Notes under the pieces: model-generated
Databases searched by the model: none
What the model saw: only the letters and a program-made list of their open reading frames with translations
What the model was told of the DNA's origin: nothing
From: Candidatus Brocadiia bacterium
GTDB lineage: Bacteria > Planctomycetota > Brocadiia > CAIUPP01
DNA length: 64,000 nucleotides
Reading direction: 5' to 3'
Assembly: GCA_050015075.1 (NCBI GenBank)
Contig: JBEKCB010000007.1
Span: 32,001-96,000 of the forward strand
Shown here: positions 18,930-29,800 of the stretch, one piece after another
How positions within the stretch are numbered: the first letter of the stretch is position 1
Layout of the letters: every line of letters starts with the position of its first letter
Program-made: the position numbers and the translations under genes

Positions 18930-19654
18930 GGCCTGCCCTTCGCTCTTCGGGCCAGGTTCTCGGCGGCGATCTGGCGCCCTTCTTCCCAGGCGATGAAGAC
19001 CAGTTCGTCGGCGAACTCCCGGGGCTTGACGTACGTCGCATCCAGCGGCGCCTTGCCCGCCTCGAAATGCATGTGCTCGAGCACAATGTCCTTCAAGTAG
19101 GCGAGGCGGTCGCAACCGAGGGCCTTGAGCTTCCGGAAGATGTCGTACAGATGGGTGTCAATGTAGTCGCGGTTGTACTCGACAGGCACCAGCCCGCCCG
19201 CCAGCGCCCACGCTTCGCGGTGGAAGGCCGGCAGGCAAGGCAGCGCCGCTCCTCGAAACAGGTCGTTGCACCACACGAGCGCAATCCGATCGGGGAACCG
19301 GTTGAGCGCCTCGACCACCGCCGTATCCCAGCCGGCAGTGCGGCACACGACGTCATCGTTCATCAGCATGAGGTAGTCGCCCCGCGCGGCCGCGTAACAC
19401 GCGCCGGTCATGGCGCCCATCTTGGCGGACCGCCCAATGCACCGGCGGACCGACAGCCTCGGATGGCCCACGTTGTGGCTGGCGCGATCGTCGGCATCCA
19501 GGAAGAGCACCACCTCGATGCGGTCCGGCCGGTCCGCCGTGGCTACGATGCTCTCGAACAGCCTCGCGACGCAGTCCGGACGGCCCCGAACGGGAAGCAG
19601 AAGGCTGAGGACGCTGTTCTGTGCGATTTCCGCCATGTCGGAGCCGCATTCCAA
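18926..19654 (-). CDS. Glycosyltransferase family 2
   Basis: SLLLPVRGRP, LDADD, LMNDD and LEHMH motifs; paralogous to the N-terminal domain of 26879..30427. Confidence 0.85.
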   Translation of the reverse strand: MECGSDMAEIAQNSVLSLLLPVRGRPDCVARLFESIVATADRPDRIEVVLFLDADDRASHNVGHPRLSVRRCIGRSAKMGAMTGACYAAARGDYLMLMNDDVVCRTAGWDTAVVEALNRFPDRIALVWCNDLFRGAALPCLPAFHREAWALAGGLVPVEYNRDYIDTHLYDIFRKLKALGCDRLAYLKDIVLEHMHFEAGKAPLDATYVKPREFADELVFIAWEEGRQIAAENLARRAKGRP

Positions 19655-21127
19655 TCACGAATAGAGATTGCGCCGGATCGGCTGCTCCAGCATTTTCTTC
19701 ACGTGGACGACGGTCGGCCGGCCGAATTTCTCTTCGAGCATTTGCAGATAGCGCGGGTTGCTGTGATACGCGCGGAAGGCCTCGTCCCTGAACCGCAGCA
19801 CCTCGGCGGCGGACAGGTGCTTGGTTGGCAACGGCTGCGTGTCGGGGCTGAGCTGCGCGTAAGCTCCCCACGTGTCCGGCAGGCGGAGCCGCGCGTTGAG
19901 GGCGTCCTGGTACAATCGGGAGCCGGGGTACGCCATGGCACAATACAGGTTCAGGTACTCGAAGTTGTGCCGGTACGCCTCATCCAGGGTCTGCCGCATC
20001 GTCTCGGCATCGTCGTCGGGCAGGCCGACGATGTAGTTCGCGATGATGTGGATGCCCGCCTCCTTCGTCCAGCGGATGGCATTCTCCACTTTCTCCGCCG
20101 TCACGCCTTTTTCCACGCCGTCCCTGACGTTCGCCGAGGCGGATTCGAATCCATAGGCCAGCCACCGCATGCCCGCCCGCCGAAGCTTCTTGAGCAGTTC
20201 GGGCGTGACGGTGTCCACGCGCGCGTACGCCCACATGTTCAGATCGTAGTTTCGCTCGATCAGCGCATCGCAGAACTGCTCGATGCGGTCGCGTTTGAGC
20301 ACGAACAGCTCGTCGAGAATCTTGATCGTCCTGACGTGCCAGCGGTTCACGAGGAGGTCAATTTCCTCGACGACCTGCCCGATGCTGCGATAGCGGATGC
20401 CGCTCTCGCCGAAAAGCGCGTTGATGCAGCAGAAGTGGCAGCGGAACGGGCAGCCGAGCGAGGTGTAAATCACGGCGTAAGGGCTGCGCTCGTGAAGGCG
20501 GCCGAAGCAGTGCCAGTTGTGCGCGCGGTACCGGTCCATGGGAAGCAAGTCCCACGCCACGCCCGGCAACTCCGCGTCCAGGTCCTCGATCAGCGGCGCG
20601 GCTCCGTTGAATACGATTCGGCCGTCCCGGCGATGCCACAGGCCGGGGATGGCGGCAAGGTCCTCGCTGCCGGCGCGCAGCGCCCTCAGCAACGGCTGGA
20701 TCGTACGCGGGCCTTCGCCCTGGCACACGAAATCGGCGGCCTCTTCCCGGAGCGTCCGTTCCGGCAGGGCCGAGACGTGAAGCCCGCCGAGCATCTGCTT
20801 CACATCGGGCGCCGCGTTTCGAACGGCGGCGCAGATGGCGCCGGCCGCCGGCATTTTCTGCGTCGAGGCCGATGGGTTCGCGCCGAACACCACGGTCATG
20901 GCCAGACGAGGCCGCGCCTCGGCAACCCGCCGCGCCACTTCCTCGGGGCCGAGGCCTTCCGCTTCCGCATCGAGGATCGCCACGCGGAAGCCCGCATTGC
21001 GGGCGTTCGTGGCCAGAAGGCCGGCCCAGACCGGCGGCTCCACGGCCGCGAACTCGCCGGCGAGCGCCTGGTAGGCCTGGTTCCGTCCGCCGGGATTGAT
21101 CAACAGCAAGTCCAGCCGGTCGCTCAT
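19655..21127 (-). CDS. Cobalamin-binding radical SAM enzyme (class B methyltransferase-like)
   Basis: LLINP..EPP..GGLHVS..GEG B12 domain; GCPFRCHFC (CX3CX2C). Confidence 0.9.
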   Translation of the reverse strand: MSDRLDLLLINPGGRNQAYQALAGEFAAVEPPVWAGLLATNARNAGFRVAILDAEAEGLGPEEVARRVAEARPRLAMTVVFGANPSASTQKMPAAGAICAAVRNAAPDVKQMLGGLHVSALPERTLREEAADFVCQGEGPRTIQPLLRALRAGSEDLAAIPGLWHRRDGRIVFNGAAPLIEDLDAELPGVAWDLLPMDRYRAHNWHCFGRLHERSPYAVIYTSLGCPFRCHFCCINALFGESGIRYRSIGQVVEEIDLLVNRWHVRTIKILDELFVLKRDRIEQFCDALIERNYDLNMWAYARVDTVTPELLKKLRRAGMRWLAYGFESASANVRDGVEKGVTAEKVENAIRWTKEAGIHIIANYIVGLPDDDAETMRQTLDEAYRHNFEYLNLYCAMAYPGSRLYQDALNARLRLPDTWGAYAQLSPDTQPLPTKHLSAAEVLRFRDEAFRAYHSNPRYLQMLEEKFGRPTVVHVKKMLEQPIRRNLYS

Positions 21128-22176
21128 CGCGCCGCCCGCCCCGCTTTCCGCCCGACCAGCGCCCGGGCCGCCGAGACGACGTCCCTGGGACCCGGGTAAT
21201 AAGTGGACTCACTGCATGCGGGCACGGGCGTATCGGGCAAGCCGATCCGCGCAGGCGCCGCCTTGAATGCGCCCGGCCCGACGCCCGAAAGGGTCTGCGC
21301 GATGACCTCGCCGCCCACCCCGAACAGCGTGTGACCCGTGTCCACCACCAGCAGGCGCCCGGTCTTGCGCACCGACTCGCACACCGGCGCCGGATCGAGC
21401 GGGCGCAGCCAGCGGAGATCAATGACTTCGGCCTCGATGCCATGTTCCTCGGCCAGTGTGCCCGCGGCCAGCAGGGCATCGGCCAGCGCGTAACTCAGGG
21501 CTACGATGGTCAAATCCGATCCTTCCCGGACCGTCTGCGGCGGCCCCGGCGGACGGAAGTAGACGCCCTCTTCCACGTGCCCGGAAAGGTTCCAAAGCCA
21601 CTTGTGTTCCATCAACATCACCGGCCCGGCGGCTTCCAGGGCCGCGTAAAGCAGCATACCCTTGGCGTCCGCGGGAGTAAAGGGAACGGCGACGCGCAGT
21701 CCCGGGAAATGCGCCAGGACCGCGTGGAGGGCCTGGCTGTGCTGGGCGGCCGAACCCCAGCCCCGGCAGGCGACCGAGCGGATCGCCATGGGAGTTGCGG
21801 TTTGATGGCCGAACATCAGGTCCCACTTGGCGGCGTGGTTGGCAATCTGGTCCAGGCCGACCAGCAGAAAGTCGTTGCGGGGATGGACGACGATGGGGCG
21901 CAGCCCGCCCAGGCTCATGCCGATGCCCATGCCGGTGATGATTTCCTCGGCCGTGGGGACATCGAAGACGCGTTCCTCGCCGAAGACCTCCTGAAGTCCT
22001 TTCGTCGTCCCGTAAGTCCCGCCCAGGTCCGCGACGCCCTCGCCGAAGAGCCGCACGCGCGCATCGGTCTCCAGCGCCAGCCGCGTGGCCTCGGCCAGGG
22101 CCTGCTGGTACGTCAGCGGCCGCTTTCCTTGAGCGAGAAGCTCGGGCAGCTTGGGCGTCGTTCCCCAGTTGCTCAT
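21124..22176 (-). CDS. TPP-dependent enzyme, E1-beta / transketolase C-terminal subunit
   Basis: FGEGV, DVPTAE, AAQHSQ, EHKWL and EVIDLRWLRPLD motifs. Confidence 0.9.
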   Translation of the reverse strand: MSNWGTTPKLPELLAQGKRPLTYQQALAEATRLALETDARVRLFGEGVADLGGTYGTTKGLQEVFGEERVFDVPTAEEIITGMGIGMSLGGLRPIVVHPRNDFLLVGLDQIANHAAKWDLMFGHQTATPMAIRSVACRGWGSAAQHSQALHAVLAHFPGLRVAVPFTPADAKGMLLYAALEAAGPVMLMEHKWLWNLSGHVEEGVYFRPPGPPQTVREGSDLTIVALSYALADALLAAGTLAEEHGIEAEVIDLRWLRPLDPAPVCESVRKTGRLLVVDTGHTLFGVGGEVIAQTLSGVGPGAFKAAPARIGLPDTPVPACSESTYYPGPRDVVSAARALVGRKAGRAAR

Positions 22177-22194
22177 CGGTCTGCTGACCCATCT

Positions 22195-23118
22195 CTAAAC
22201 GTGGCGGTACTCCAGGACGGTCTCTTCACTCTTCAGCGCCTCGGCGTAGGCCCGGTCAACCTGGCCGCTGACCTCCGCGTCAATCGCATCAGCCTCCGCG
22301 CGGGCCAGCGTGCAGCGGGCCACCTTCATGGGGCAGTACTTCTCAAAGAGTTCCATCTCGACCGCGTCGCGGAAGCCGGCGGCGATGTCGTCGCGGATGC
22401 CGTTGTGGTCATATCGGCGGACCGTGCTGCACTCGACGAACAGCGGTCCGCCGGCCTCGCGCACGCGCCGGATCGGCTCGGCCAGCGCCCGGTGAAGCGC
22501 GAAGACGTCGTTGGCCACCTCGATGGAGAAGTCATGCGTTTCCATGCCGAAGGCCCGCGCCACCGCCGCCGGATGCGCCGCCCGCCGGACGCGCTGCGGC
22601 GTGTAGACGCTGTAGCGGTTGTTTTCGCAGAGGAAGATCACCGGCGCGCCGCGGAGCTGGGCGTAGTTGAGGCTCTCCGCGAACACGCCCTCGTCGGCCG
22701 CCGCGTCGCCGAACAACACGGCCGCCACCGTCGGCCGCCGCACGGCCAGCCCCAATCCGACGGCGATGGGCAAGGCGCCGCCGACGATGCTCGTCGTGCC
22801 CACCAGGCTGTTCTTGCGGTCCACAAGGTGCATCGAGCCGCCGTATCCGCCGCTGCACCCGCATCGGCGACCCAGCAACTCGCCGAAGAAAGCCACCAGG
22901 TCGCCGCCGTTGGCCAGATAAAGCGCGTGCGATCGGTGCGTGCCGATTTTCAGATCGTCCGGGGCCAGGTGCGCGCACAGCGCCACCGCGACGGATTCCT
23001 GCCCGACGCTCAAGTGCACCGGACACTGCATCACGTTGGACGCGTACACGTCCAGGATCTTCTGCTCAGCGTGACGGACCAGCGACAGGGTCCGGTAAAG
23101 TTGGCTGTTTTCTTCCAT
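22195..23118 (-). CDS. TPP-dependent enzyme, E1-alpha subunit
   Basis: HLSVGQE, THRSH, GGSMH and FGDAAADEG..ENN TPP motif. Confidence 0.9.
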   Translation of the reverse strand: MEENSQLYRTLSLVRHAEQKILDVYASNVMQCPVHLSVGQESVAVALCAHLAPDDLKIGTHRSHALYLANGGDLVAFFGELLGRRCGCSGGYGGSMHLVDRKNSLVGTTSIVGGALPIAVGLGLAVRRPTVAAVLFGDAAADEGVFAESLNYAQLRGAPVIFLCENNRYSVYTPQRVRRAAHPAAVARAFGMETHDFSIEVANDVFALHRALAEPIRRVREAGGPLFVECSTVRRYDHNGIRDDIAAGFRDAVEMELFEKYCPMKVARCTLARAEADAIDAEVSGQVDRAYAEALKSEETVLEYRHV

Positions 23119-23196
23119 GGTTTCGCTGCCGGGCCAGGTTGCGCGGCATCTCAGTCCTTTTGAGCCGGATGCTCGAACGGCGTGAGGCGGCCGCGT

Positions 23197-24126
23197 TCAC
23201 TTCTGACAGAAAGCCAGGCCGACGAATGATTTCATCGAAGGGCCGGCCGGCTTCGGCTGTGCGGGCGCCGGGGTCGCATAGTCATGCCGTCCGGCGGCCT
23301 CGGCATGGTAGGCCGACGACGGAAACCGCGTTTCGAGGTCAACCACCCGCGCGAATCCCGCTTCCTTCAGGCAGCGCCGCAGGAGCTTTTCCGACAGGTA
23401 GACGGAGTTGTCAAAGCACCATGGGAACGGATTCGAGAACACCTGGTTCGGTTCGCCCATTCTGATGACATACTCATCGTCATCCCAGACATTGGTGATC
23501 AGCAGCAGGGCTTCGCGGGTGATCGAGCGCAGGAAGTGAAGATGACGAAGAGGTTCCGTCAAATGCTGAAGAACGCTCATCGAAACCACCACGTCGTATT
23601 CGGGGCAGTTGGGTATGACGCCCAGGCGCAGATCGTAACCGGCGTGGACGAATTTTGCCTTGGTGCCCAGCAACCGATTCAGGAAATCAACGCACGCGCC
23701 CCGGTCGTCCTGATCATAACCGACCGCGAGCCTCATTCCACGCCTCGACATCGCCACGGGAATATATCCGGCGAAGCAGCCGATGTCCGCCAACGACTTC
23801 TCGCCGAGGTCGTGAATGTGTTCGCACAACTGGTCTACAAATCCGTCGTAGACCTGGCGTATCGCCGAATTGGCCAGGCTGAATGCCTGCGCTTCCTGAT
23901 CGGCGACCAAGAGACGCGGCACGGACGCGCTGGGGTATTTGGCGGCATCGTATCCCGGCCAGCGAATCTGCCCCGCACTCGGGTTCCGCGTCACAAACGT
24001 ATAGCCGGCGCCGACTTCGAGCTGGTCCGTGATGATGAAGGGCTGATAGGTAAAGCTTCCGGAGCAGATGAGCCGCTTGGCCTCTTCCGCATCAGCTTCG
24101 GTTTTGACGAACGGCCTCAAGTCCAC
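23197..24126 (-). CDS. Class I SAM-dependent methyltransferase
   Basis: LADIGCFAG and YDVVVSMSVLQHLTEP motifs. Confidence 0.8.
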   Translation of the reverse strand: MDLRPFVKTEADAEEAKRLICSGSFTYQPFIITDQLEVGAGYTFVTRNPSAGQIRWPGYDAAKYPSASVPRLLVADQEAQAFSLANSAIRQVYDGFVDQLCEHIHDLGEKSLADIGCFAGYIPVAMSRRGMRLAVGYDQDDRGACVDFLNRLLGTKAKFVHAGYDLRLGVIPNCPEYDVVVSMSVLQHLTEPLRHLHFLRSITREALLLITNVWDDDEYVIRMGEPNQVFSNPFPWCFDNSVYLSEKLLRRCLKEAGFARVVDLETRFPSSAYHAEAAGRHDYATPAPAQPKPAGPSMKSFVGLAFCQK

Positions 24127-24235
24127 GTGAGCCTCGCTTAACCGTAAGGGTCGCGCGGGTGTCTCGCCACCCGCCTAACCCGCGGGAATCTGTGTCTGAT
24201 CGAAGCCCATGCGATGGTCAGGCGTCAACCCTCGG

Positions 24236-24264
24236 ATTCTGACAACCGAGGTTGCCTCTGTCAA
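24236..24264 (-). promoter_or_regulatory. Internal sigma70-type promoter in the glycan cluster
   Basis: TTGACA-N17-CAGAAT in the 160-bp gap; same hexamers as at 821..849. Confidence 0.6.
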
Positions 24265-24286
24265 GCAATTGTCCTGCGCGGCGATG

Positions 24287-26866
24287 TCAACCGCGGCCGA
24301 GGGTGTCGTCTATCATGGCGCGCGCCTGCGCTTCGGTCAAAGCCAGGAGAATGCCGGGCGTTTCTCTGTCCGCCTTGCGAGCCAGATTCAGCGGTCCCAA
24401 CGTAAGAGGCGCCGCAAGGACGCACCGTCCGTAGGCGACCAGATTGTAGCCCTTGTACGATCCGATCAGGGTGGGCGGAGGGCTTCCCTCGTAGCGCGGC
24501 AGGGCTTTCACCGCTTTCACGGCGACTTCGCCGGCAACCGATGGGATGCCGAGAAACGCGTCGCCCACGCGGCAGACCAGGTAAGGCTCGCCGTCCCCGG
24601 CCAGGCTCAGGAATCCGTCAATGGCCTGGATCAACTGATCGCGGGTCTCACCGATGATTATCCATGGCTGCGCGCGGTCCGCCGCACGGGTGAAGTCAAT
24701 GCGTCCGAGCGCGGCGGGCGCGCCGTAAAAAAGGCCGCGATAAAGGACCACGTTGTAGCCCCGGTAGGCCTGGAACAATTGAGGTTGGTCGGAGGCGTGC
24801 GCGACCGCCTCGTTGACTGCGGCGGACGCGGGCTTGCTCTGTTCCTTGCACGCCGGCGCGTTGTGCGTGGAGGCCAGGTCGGCATCCTTTCGTTCGACCT
24901 CCTGCGCGGTGAACTCGGTCCACGCCGTTGTGGGAATGCCGTTCTCATGGAGCGCGCGGACGATCCGCTTGAGCCTCTGATAGCGGACTTGCGCGTCAAT
25001 ATAAGGGGATTCGCTGTGCCACTCGCCGTCGGGGATGGCCACGGGGTAACGAGAATAGAGTTGTTCCCGGGGCGTGCGGAATTTAATGCCGAACTCCTCG
25101 GGCCGGTTCCAGTAGTCGGAGCCTCGGAAAAGCATCAGCGGGTTGACGAAGGGCACGCGCCCGATCCAGGGTTTCAGCGCCTTGAAGAACTCGATCGCCT
25201 CATCCACGTCCGCCTCGGTCTCGCCCGGAATCCCCACAATCGCGTTCACCTCGGTGGTGATGCCGGCCTCCGCGGCAAACCGCAGATTGTCGTGAACGAC
25301 CTCCTTGCTGTACCCTTTCCGCTGAAGTTTCATCGTATTGGCGGACCAGCCATCCACGCCGAACCGCAGGCAGACGAAGCCGGCCTTCGCGAGCTTGAGG
25401 TAATATTCCTTTCCGGCGCGCTTGTTGCAGCGGAGTTGCGCGGTCATGTGAATCGCCAGGCCCCGCCGGATGATTTCATCGCACAGCCTCTCGATCAGCG
25501 ACGTGTCGCCGTGCAGGTCGCTCTCATTGAAGACGAACTCGACGGCGCCCATCTTGCAGAAGTACTCGATATCGTCCACCACTTTCTCCGGCGTGCGGGC
25601 GCGCCAGTGGAAACGCTCCGCGCAAAAGCGGCAACGCGACCACGGACATCCTCGGCTTCCCACAATCGGCACCAGCCAGTAGCCGTTCCAGTTTCGATAA
25701 CGCCGCGGGTCGGTCCATTCGTAACGCGGATGACCCAGCGGATCGAGTTCGGCCGGAATGGGGCCCGGCTGGAATTCACGGTCGGGCGTATCGCCGCGCG
25801 ACCAGACGCCCGGCAGGTCGTGCGGCTTTTCGCCCCTGAGGATGGCTTTGACCAGCGGCCCGACCGTGAGGTCCGCCTCGCCCACGACGGTATAATCCGC
25901 CGGCGGGAAGATGAACTTGGCGACGCCCGGCTGCAGGCAGCTCATGCCTCCTGCAATCACCACCAGGCCGGGGAGGCGGCTGCGCACTTCCTGCACGATG
26001 TGCCGGGCGAACGTGAGGTTCGCCTGCTGCAGCGAACAGGCAAGGATCTTCGGTTGCGCCCGCACCAGTTTGGCGACGATCTCATCCATGTCCGGCTGGA
26101 AGTAGCCGACAAAATCGTCTTTTTCCCACTCGAGGTAGTGAACGGACTGCCAGGGGTCCTCCGGCATGCGCCGGCCCGCAGGCGTTCTCATCACGGGGAT
26201 CGCGTCCAGAATCCGGTCCGAGTGGAAGCGATGATAGATGATATTGTCCAGGTCCACTGTCTGGAGGCGGATCCCCTCGCGTGCGAGCGCCATCTGCACA
26301 TAACCGAATCCCACGGGCAATTGGGCGATGCTCCGGGCAGGGAAGTCCAGCAGAATCACATCCTGTCCCGGGAGGAACTCGATCTCCGGGATTTCAATGG
26401 GATAGATGCTCTTGACGGCGGGGACCCAGGCGCGCGAGGGGATCGCTCTCCAATCGAGATTTTTCAGGTCGTCCAGGGTCACTTGCCTGACGCGCGCGGG
26501 CAAGGCCTTGCGCATGCGGTCCAGGACGCGCCCGCGGACCTCGCACAGGAAAACGGTGCTCACGGCGGCGGGCAGAGACTCCGGGCGCATGGCGGCCATC
26601 CCGGCAAAGTCTCCGGCGGCGCGCACCGGGTCCTCATCCACGATCACCGAAACGCGTTCTCTCAAAATGGGCGATTGTTCGAGAAGATACCGGGCAAGGC
26701 GCCCGGCGCCGAAGAAGGCCACTCCGCCCTCCATGCCGGCGAGATGGTTGGCCAGAACCGACACGCAGCGACGGTCCTCCTCGCCGCCGTCAAACCGAAA
26801 ACAGCGCGCGCGCGAGAAAACCATTTCCTTGAGATCGGCCTCAAGGGTTATGGCGGCATTCGCCAT
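24287..26866 (-). CDS. Multidomain cobalamin-binding radical SAM enzyme with two C-terminal copies of an unknown module
   Basis: AGG..VVGEAD B12 domain; SRGCPWSRCRFC; N-terminal FFGAG Rossmann-like segment. Confidence 0.88.
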   Translation of the reverse strand: MANAAITLEADLKEMVFSRARCFRFDGGEEDRRCVSVLANHLAGMEGGVAFFGAGRLARYLLEQSPILRERVSVIVDEDPVRAAGDFAGMAAMRPESLPAAVSTVFLCEVRGRVLDRMRKALPARVRQVTLDDLKNLDWRAIPSRAWVPAVKSIYPIEIPEIEFLPGQDVILLDFPARSIAQLPVGFGYVQMALAREGIRLQTVDLDNIIYHRFHSDRILDAIPVMRTPAGRRMPEDPWQSVHYLEWEKDDFVGYFQPDMDEIVAKLVRAQPKILACSLQQANLTFARHIVQEVRSRLPGLVVIAGGMSCLQPGVAKFIFPPADYTVVGEADLTVGPLVKAILRGEKPHDLPGVWSRGDTPDREFQPGPIPAELDPLGHPRYEWTDPRRYRNWNGYWLVPIVGSRGCPWSRCRFCAERFHWRARTPEKVVDDIEYFCKMGAVEFVFNESDLHGDTSLIERLCDEIIRRGLAIHMTAQLRCNKRAGKEYYLKLAKAGFVCLRFGVDGWSANTMKLQRKGYSKEVVHDNLRFAAEAGITTEVNAIVGIPGETEADVDEAIEFFKALKPWIGRVPFVNPLMLFRGSDYWNRPEEFGIKFRTPREQLYSRYPVAIPDGEWHSESPYIDAQVRYQRLKRIVRALHENGIPTTAWTEFTAQEVERKDADLASTHNAPACKEQSKPASAAVNEAVAHASDQPQLFQAYRGYNVVLYRGLFYGAPAALGRIDFTRAADRAQPWIIIGETRDQLIQAIDGFLSLAGDGEPYLVCRVGDAFLGIPSVAGEVAVKAVKALPRYEGSPPPTLIGSYKGYNLVAYGRCVLAAPLTLGPLNLARKADRETPGILLALTEAQARAMIDDTLGRG

Positions 26867-26878
26867 CTCTTTTTCCCT

Positions 26879-29800
26879 CTACTTCACCCGCACCGCAAGC
26901 TCAAAGCCATGGGCGATGAGATCGTCGGGCGGAATCGAACTCAATTCCTTCCGGATATCTTCGGTCAGGAGGTCCTTCCCTTCGTACGAGCGCACGAAAT
27001 GCAGCACCTCGACGTCCGGGGCCTCCATGAATTCACGAATCCCGTATTCCTCGAAGCGCTTCCGGTTCACGTGGGCCGGGTTGAGCATGGATTCGAGGTA
27101 CTCCTTCGGCTCTCTTCCCATCTTGCGCCGCATGACCGCGTCCAGGCCGCGCTTTCTGCAATGAGCCAGGATGGCCTCCGGAGTGAGGCGAAGATGAATC
27201 CACGGGAAGTCGTCGAAATAGCCGAACATATGATGCCCGAACGGCGAGAAATAAAGAGGGCCGGCCTGCAAATAAATGCAGCCGCCGGAGCAGGTGACGC
27301 GTTTCATTTCCTGCAGCGCGCGTGCGGGGTCTGTGATATGTTCGAGCGTGGCAATGGAGAAGCACGCGTCAAAGCTGCCGTCGGGGAAGTCCATTTCCGT
27401 CGCCCCCATTCGGCGATACGTGATGCGGGGATTGGGATACGCGCAGCCGACCGTGGCCAGCAGGTCAATGCCGGTCATGGATGCGGGCTCTTCGGCCAGG
27501 AGAAGATCGCACACGAGCCCGTCGCTGCAGCCGACTTCCAGCACGTGCTTGCCCTTCAGCGGCGGAACGAAGCGGAACATGCTGTTGAGATAGGCCTTGT
27601 TGTACACGATGCGATGCACGTCCTCGCCCCGGTACGTGCGAGCCGGACGATCGGCGGATGCGATAATCAGCCAGTCGGCCAATTGCGCCGCGAGCGCCTC
27701 CGCATGGTTGTCGGCCCACTTCGGCCGGCCATCGCACGGAAGGATGACGACATCGCAGCGTTCCTTGCGAAGGGCCTCCAGGAGTTCGGGCGACAAGCGG
27801 GCCGGATCGAAGAGGTCCGTCTCGCGGCCCTGGGCATCCTTCAGGACATGCATGGGGCCTTCGGCGTACTCCCGAGCCCAATGCGCGGGCGCCAGGCAGG
27901 CGACCTCGTAATCCGGGAATTGGCGCACCAGCCGTTTCGCCGTGGCGGGGGCGACGGTCCCCAGGAACAGCGCTTTGACTTTTCCGCCGGCCTTCGAACG
28001 GCGCTGAATTTCCTGCTGCACCTCCTCGATGGTGTTCCCGATCAGGCATTGACTGTAATTCCCCTTTTGCGCGCGCGCCAGCTCGAACGCTCCCTCGCTC
28101 TGCGGCGTGGCGAAATATTTTGTCGCGCAGAAGGTGATGGTGAAACCTTGATAATCGGGCAGCACCGTGCGGGCGGTTGCCGAAGCCGAATCATCGCCGA
28201 CCGGCGGCAGCGCGCGCGGATTTTCAACCCGAGCGCCGCCGCTCCGCCGCGGCGGGCGCGGGGTCAGCGCGGATATCAGTTTCTTCGTCAAGGCCCGCGG
28301 CCCGAAGCCGGGAGGATTCCTTCTGCCGCTGAGCTTGACGCCCAGAGAACGGCCGAGTTCGAAGAGAATCGCCGCGGCCTGCGAGAAACTGACCTTCTGC
28401 CGAACCAGCTCGTTGCGCACGAAGGGAGAGCCGTCGGCGGAAGATGTGACTTGATCTATCCGGCTTCGCGCGTCTGCTTCGGAGGCGCACGCCAGGACTC
28501 CTTCACGAGACCGCGCGGACTCCTCCCTCAAGTCCATTTCTCCGAATGCCAGCGGCACGGCCAGGACCGTTCTGCCGAATTCAACGACATTGTACGACTT
28601 GTATGAGGAGAGCAGAATGGGCGCATAGCCGCCGCGAACGATCGGCGTACGCTGCAGGCGCTCCAGGACTTTTTCGGCGATCCGCATGCGGCCCTCATCG
28701 CCGCTCGCCGCGTACTGCGTCCGGGCTTTTGCCAGTTCGGTCACGAGCAGGCTGCGAAACAGCGGGAATGGTTCCGAGGCTCGGACCACCTCTTCCAGTT
28801 GTGCGGCAAAGCGGTCCGGCTCCGTCGGCCCCTCGCCGCCGAGGAGTCCATAGATCCGCCTGGGGATTGCGACGAACGGGGCCAGCCGCTCGTCGGGCAG
28901 CCACACACTCTCTTCCAGCTTGGAGAGCCGGCCCGTGTCCAGCCACTCGGCGACAAAGACGTCCAGGTCCTTGTTCCAGAGCCGTTGGGAAGCGGCGGAA
29001 CCGTGCGGCAGGGTGGCGCCGGCGAGATGCGTGACGCAAACCTCAGGCGTGCACACCAGCTTGTAGCGCGTTTCCCAGATTTTCAGGCTGTAGTCAATGT
29101 CGAGGAAGTACTTGCTGAAGGCCTCATTGAAGCGAATGTCGCCCACTCTGCGCATGTGGACCAGGAGGCAGGCGCTGCATGCGCAGGGCGTTTCGCGGGG
29201 ACGCTCCGGCACATCCAGGAGATGCGAGTGCGACCCGAACCGGTCGCCCATCATATACGCGCCGGTGAAGGATATATTGCCCGCGGCGTCTTTGTGCATG
29301 GGCGCGACGACGCCCACGTCCGGCTCCAGGGCGCGCAGCAGACCGTCCAGCCAGCCGTTTTCGACATACACGTCGTCATCCATGAGAACCAGGTAGTCGC
29401 TCCGGACCGCTCGAAGGACTTTGTTCATTTCCCGCGGATGATTGAAATCCCGGCTCCGATTGTTGTCGAGCAGAATGAGTTCCGCCTCGCTCGCGTGCTC
29501 CTTGAGCAGCGAAAGGCAGCGGGCGGAGTGCGTCTGCCGGAAATCGGCGCTGACGACCGCGATGGTCACCGAGGGCTTCCGCGACGATGTGTCGGACGAT
29601 CCGGTGGGCCACCAGTTGACGTACTCCGGCCGACGGAACATATAAGGATCCGTGATATGGCCCAGCCGGCGGGTATAGCCGCTTCGTTTTCGCGCGGCGG
29701 ATGATTCGTCAATCAGCGCGGCGAGGCGAAGCGCATTGGTCCGCCGCTCGTCGAGCTTCTCCATGAAGCGCCGGGAGTCCGCCTCGTGGATTTCCTGGCT

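Noticed and set aside
21124-23118. Housekeeping pyruvate dehydrogenase pdhAB
   Set aside because: No E2/E3 genes, and the pair sits within a sugar-biosynthesis operon.
24150-24190. ops/JUMPstart element (GGCGGGTGGCG on the minus strand)
   Set aside because: Only a loose match to GGCGGTAG; expected by chance in GC-rich DNA.
24209-28606. 1465-aa plus-strand ORF, and similar long ORFs at 3227..4999, 5458..6972, 8114..10924, 15048..17264, 19067..21199 and 49865..53338
   Set aside because: Antisense shadows of motif-bearing genes in high-GC DNA; no recognisable domains.
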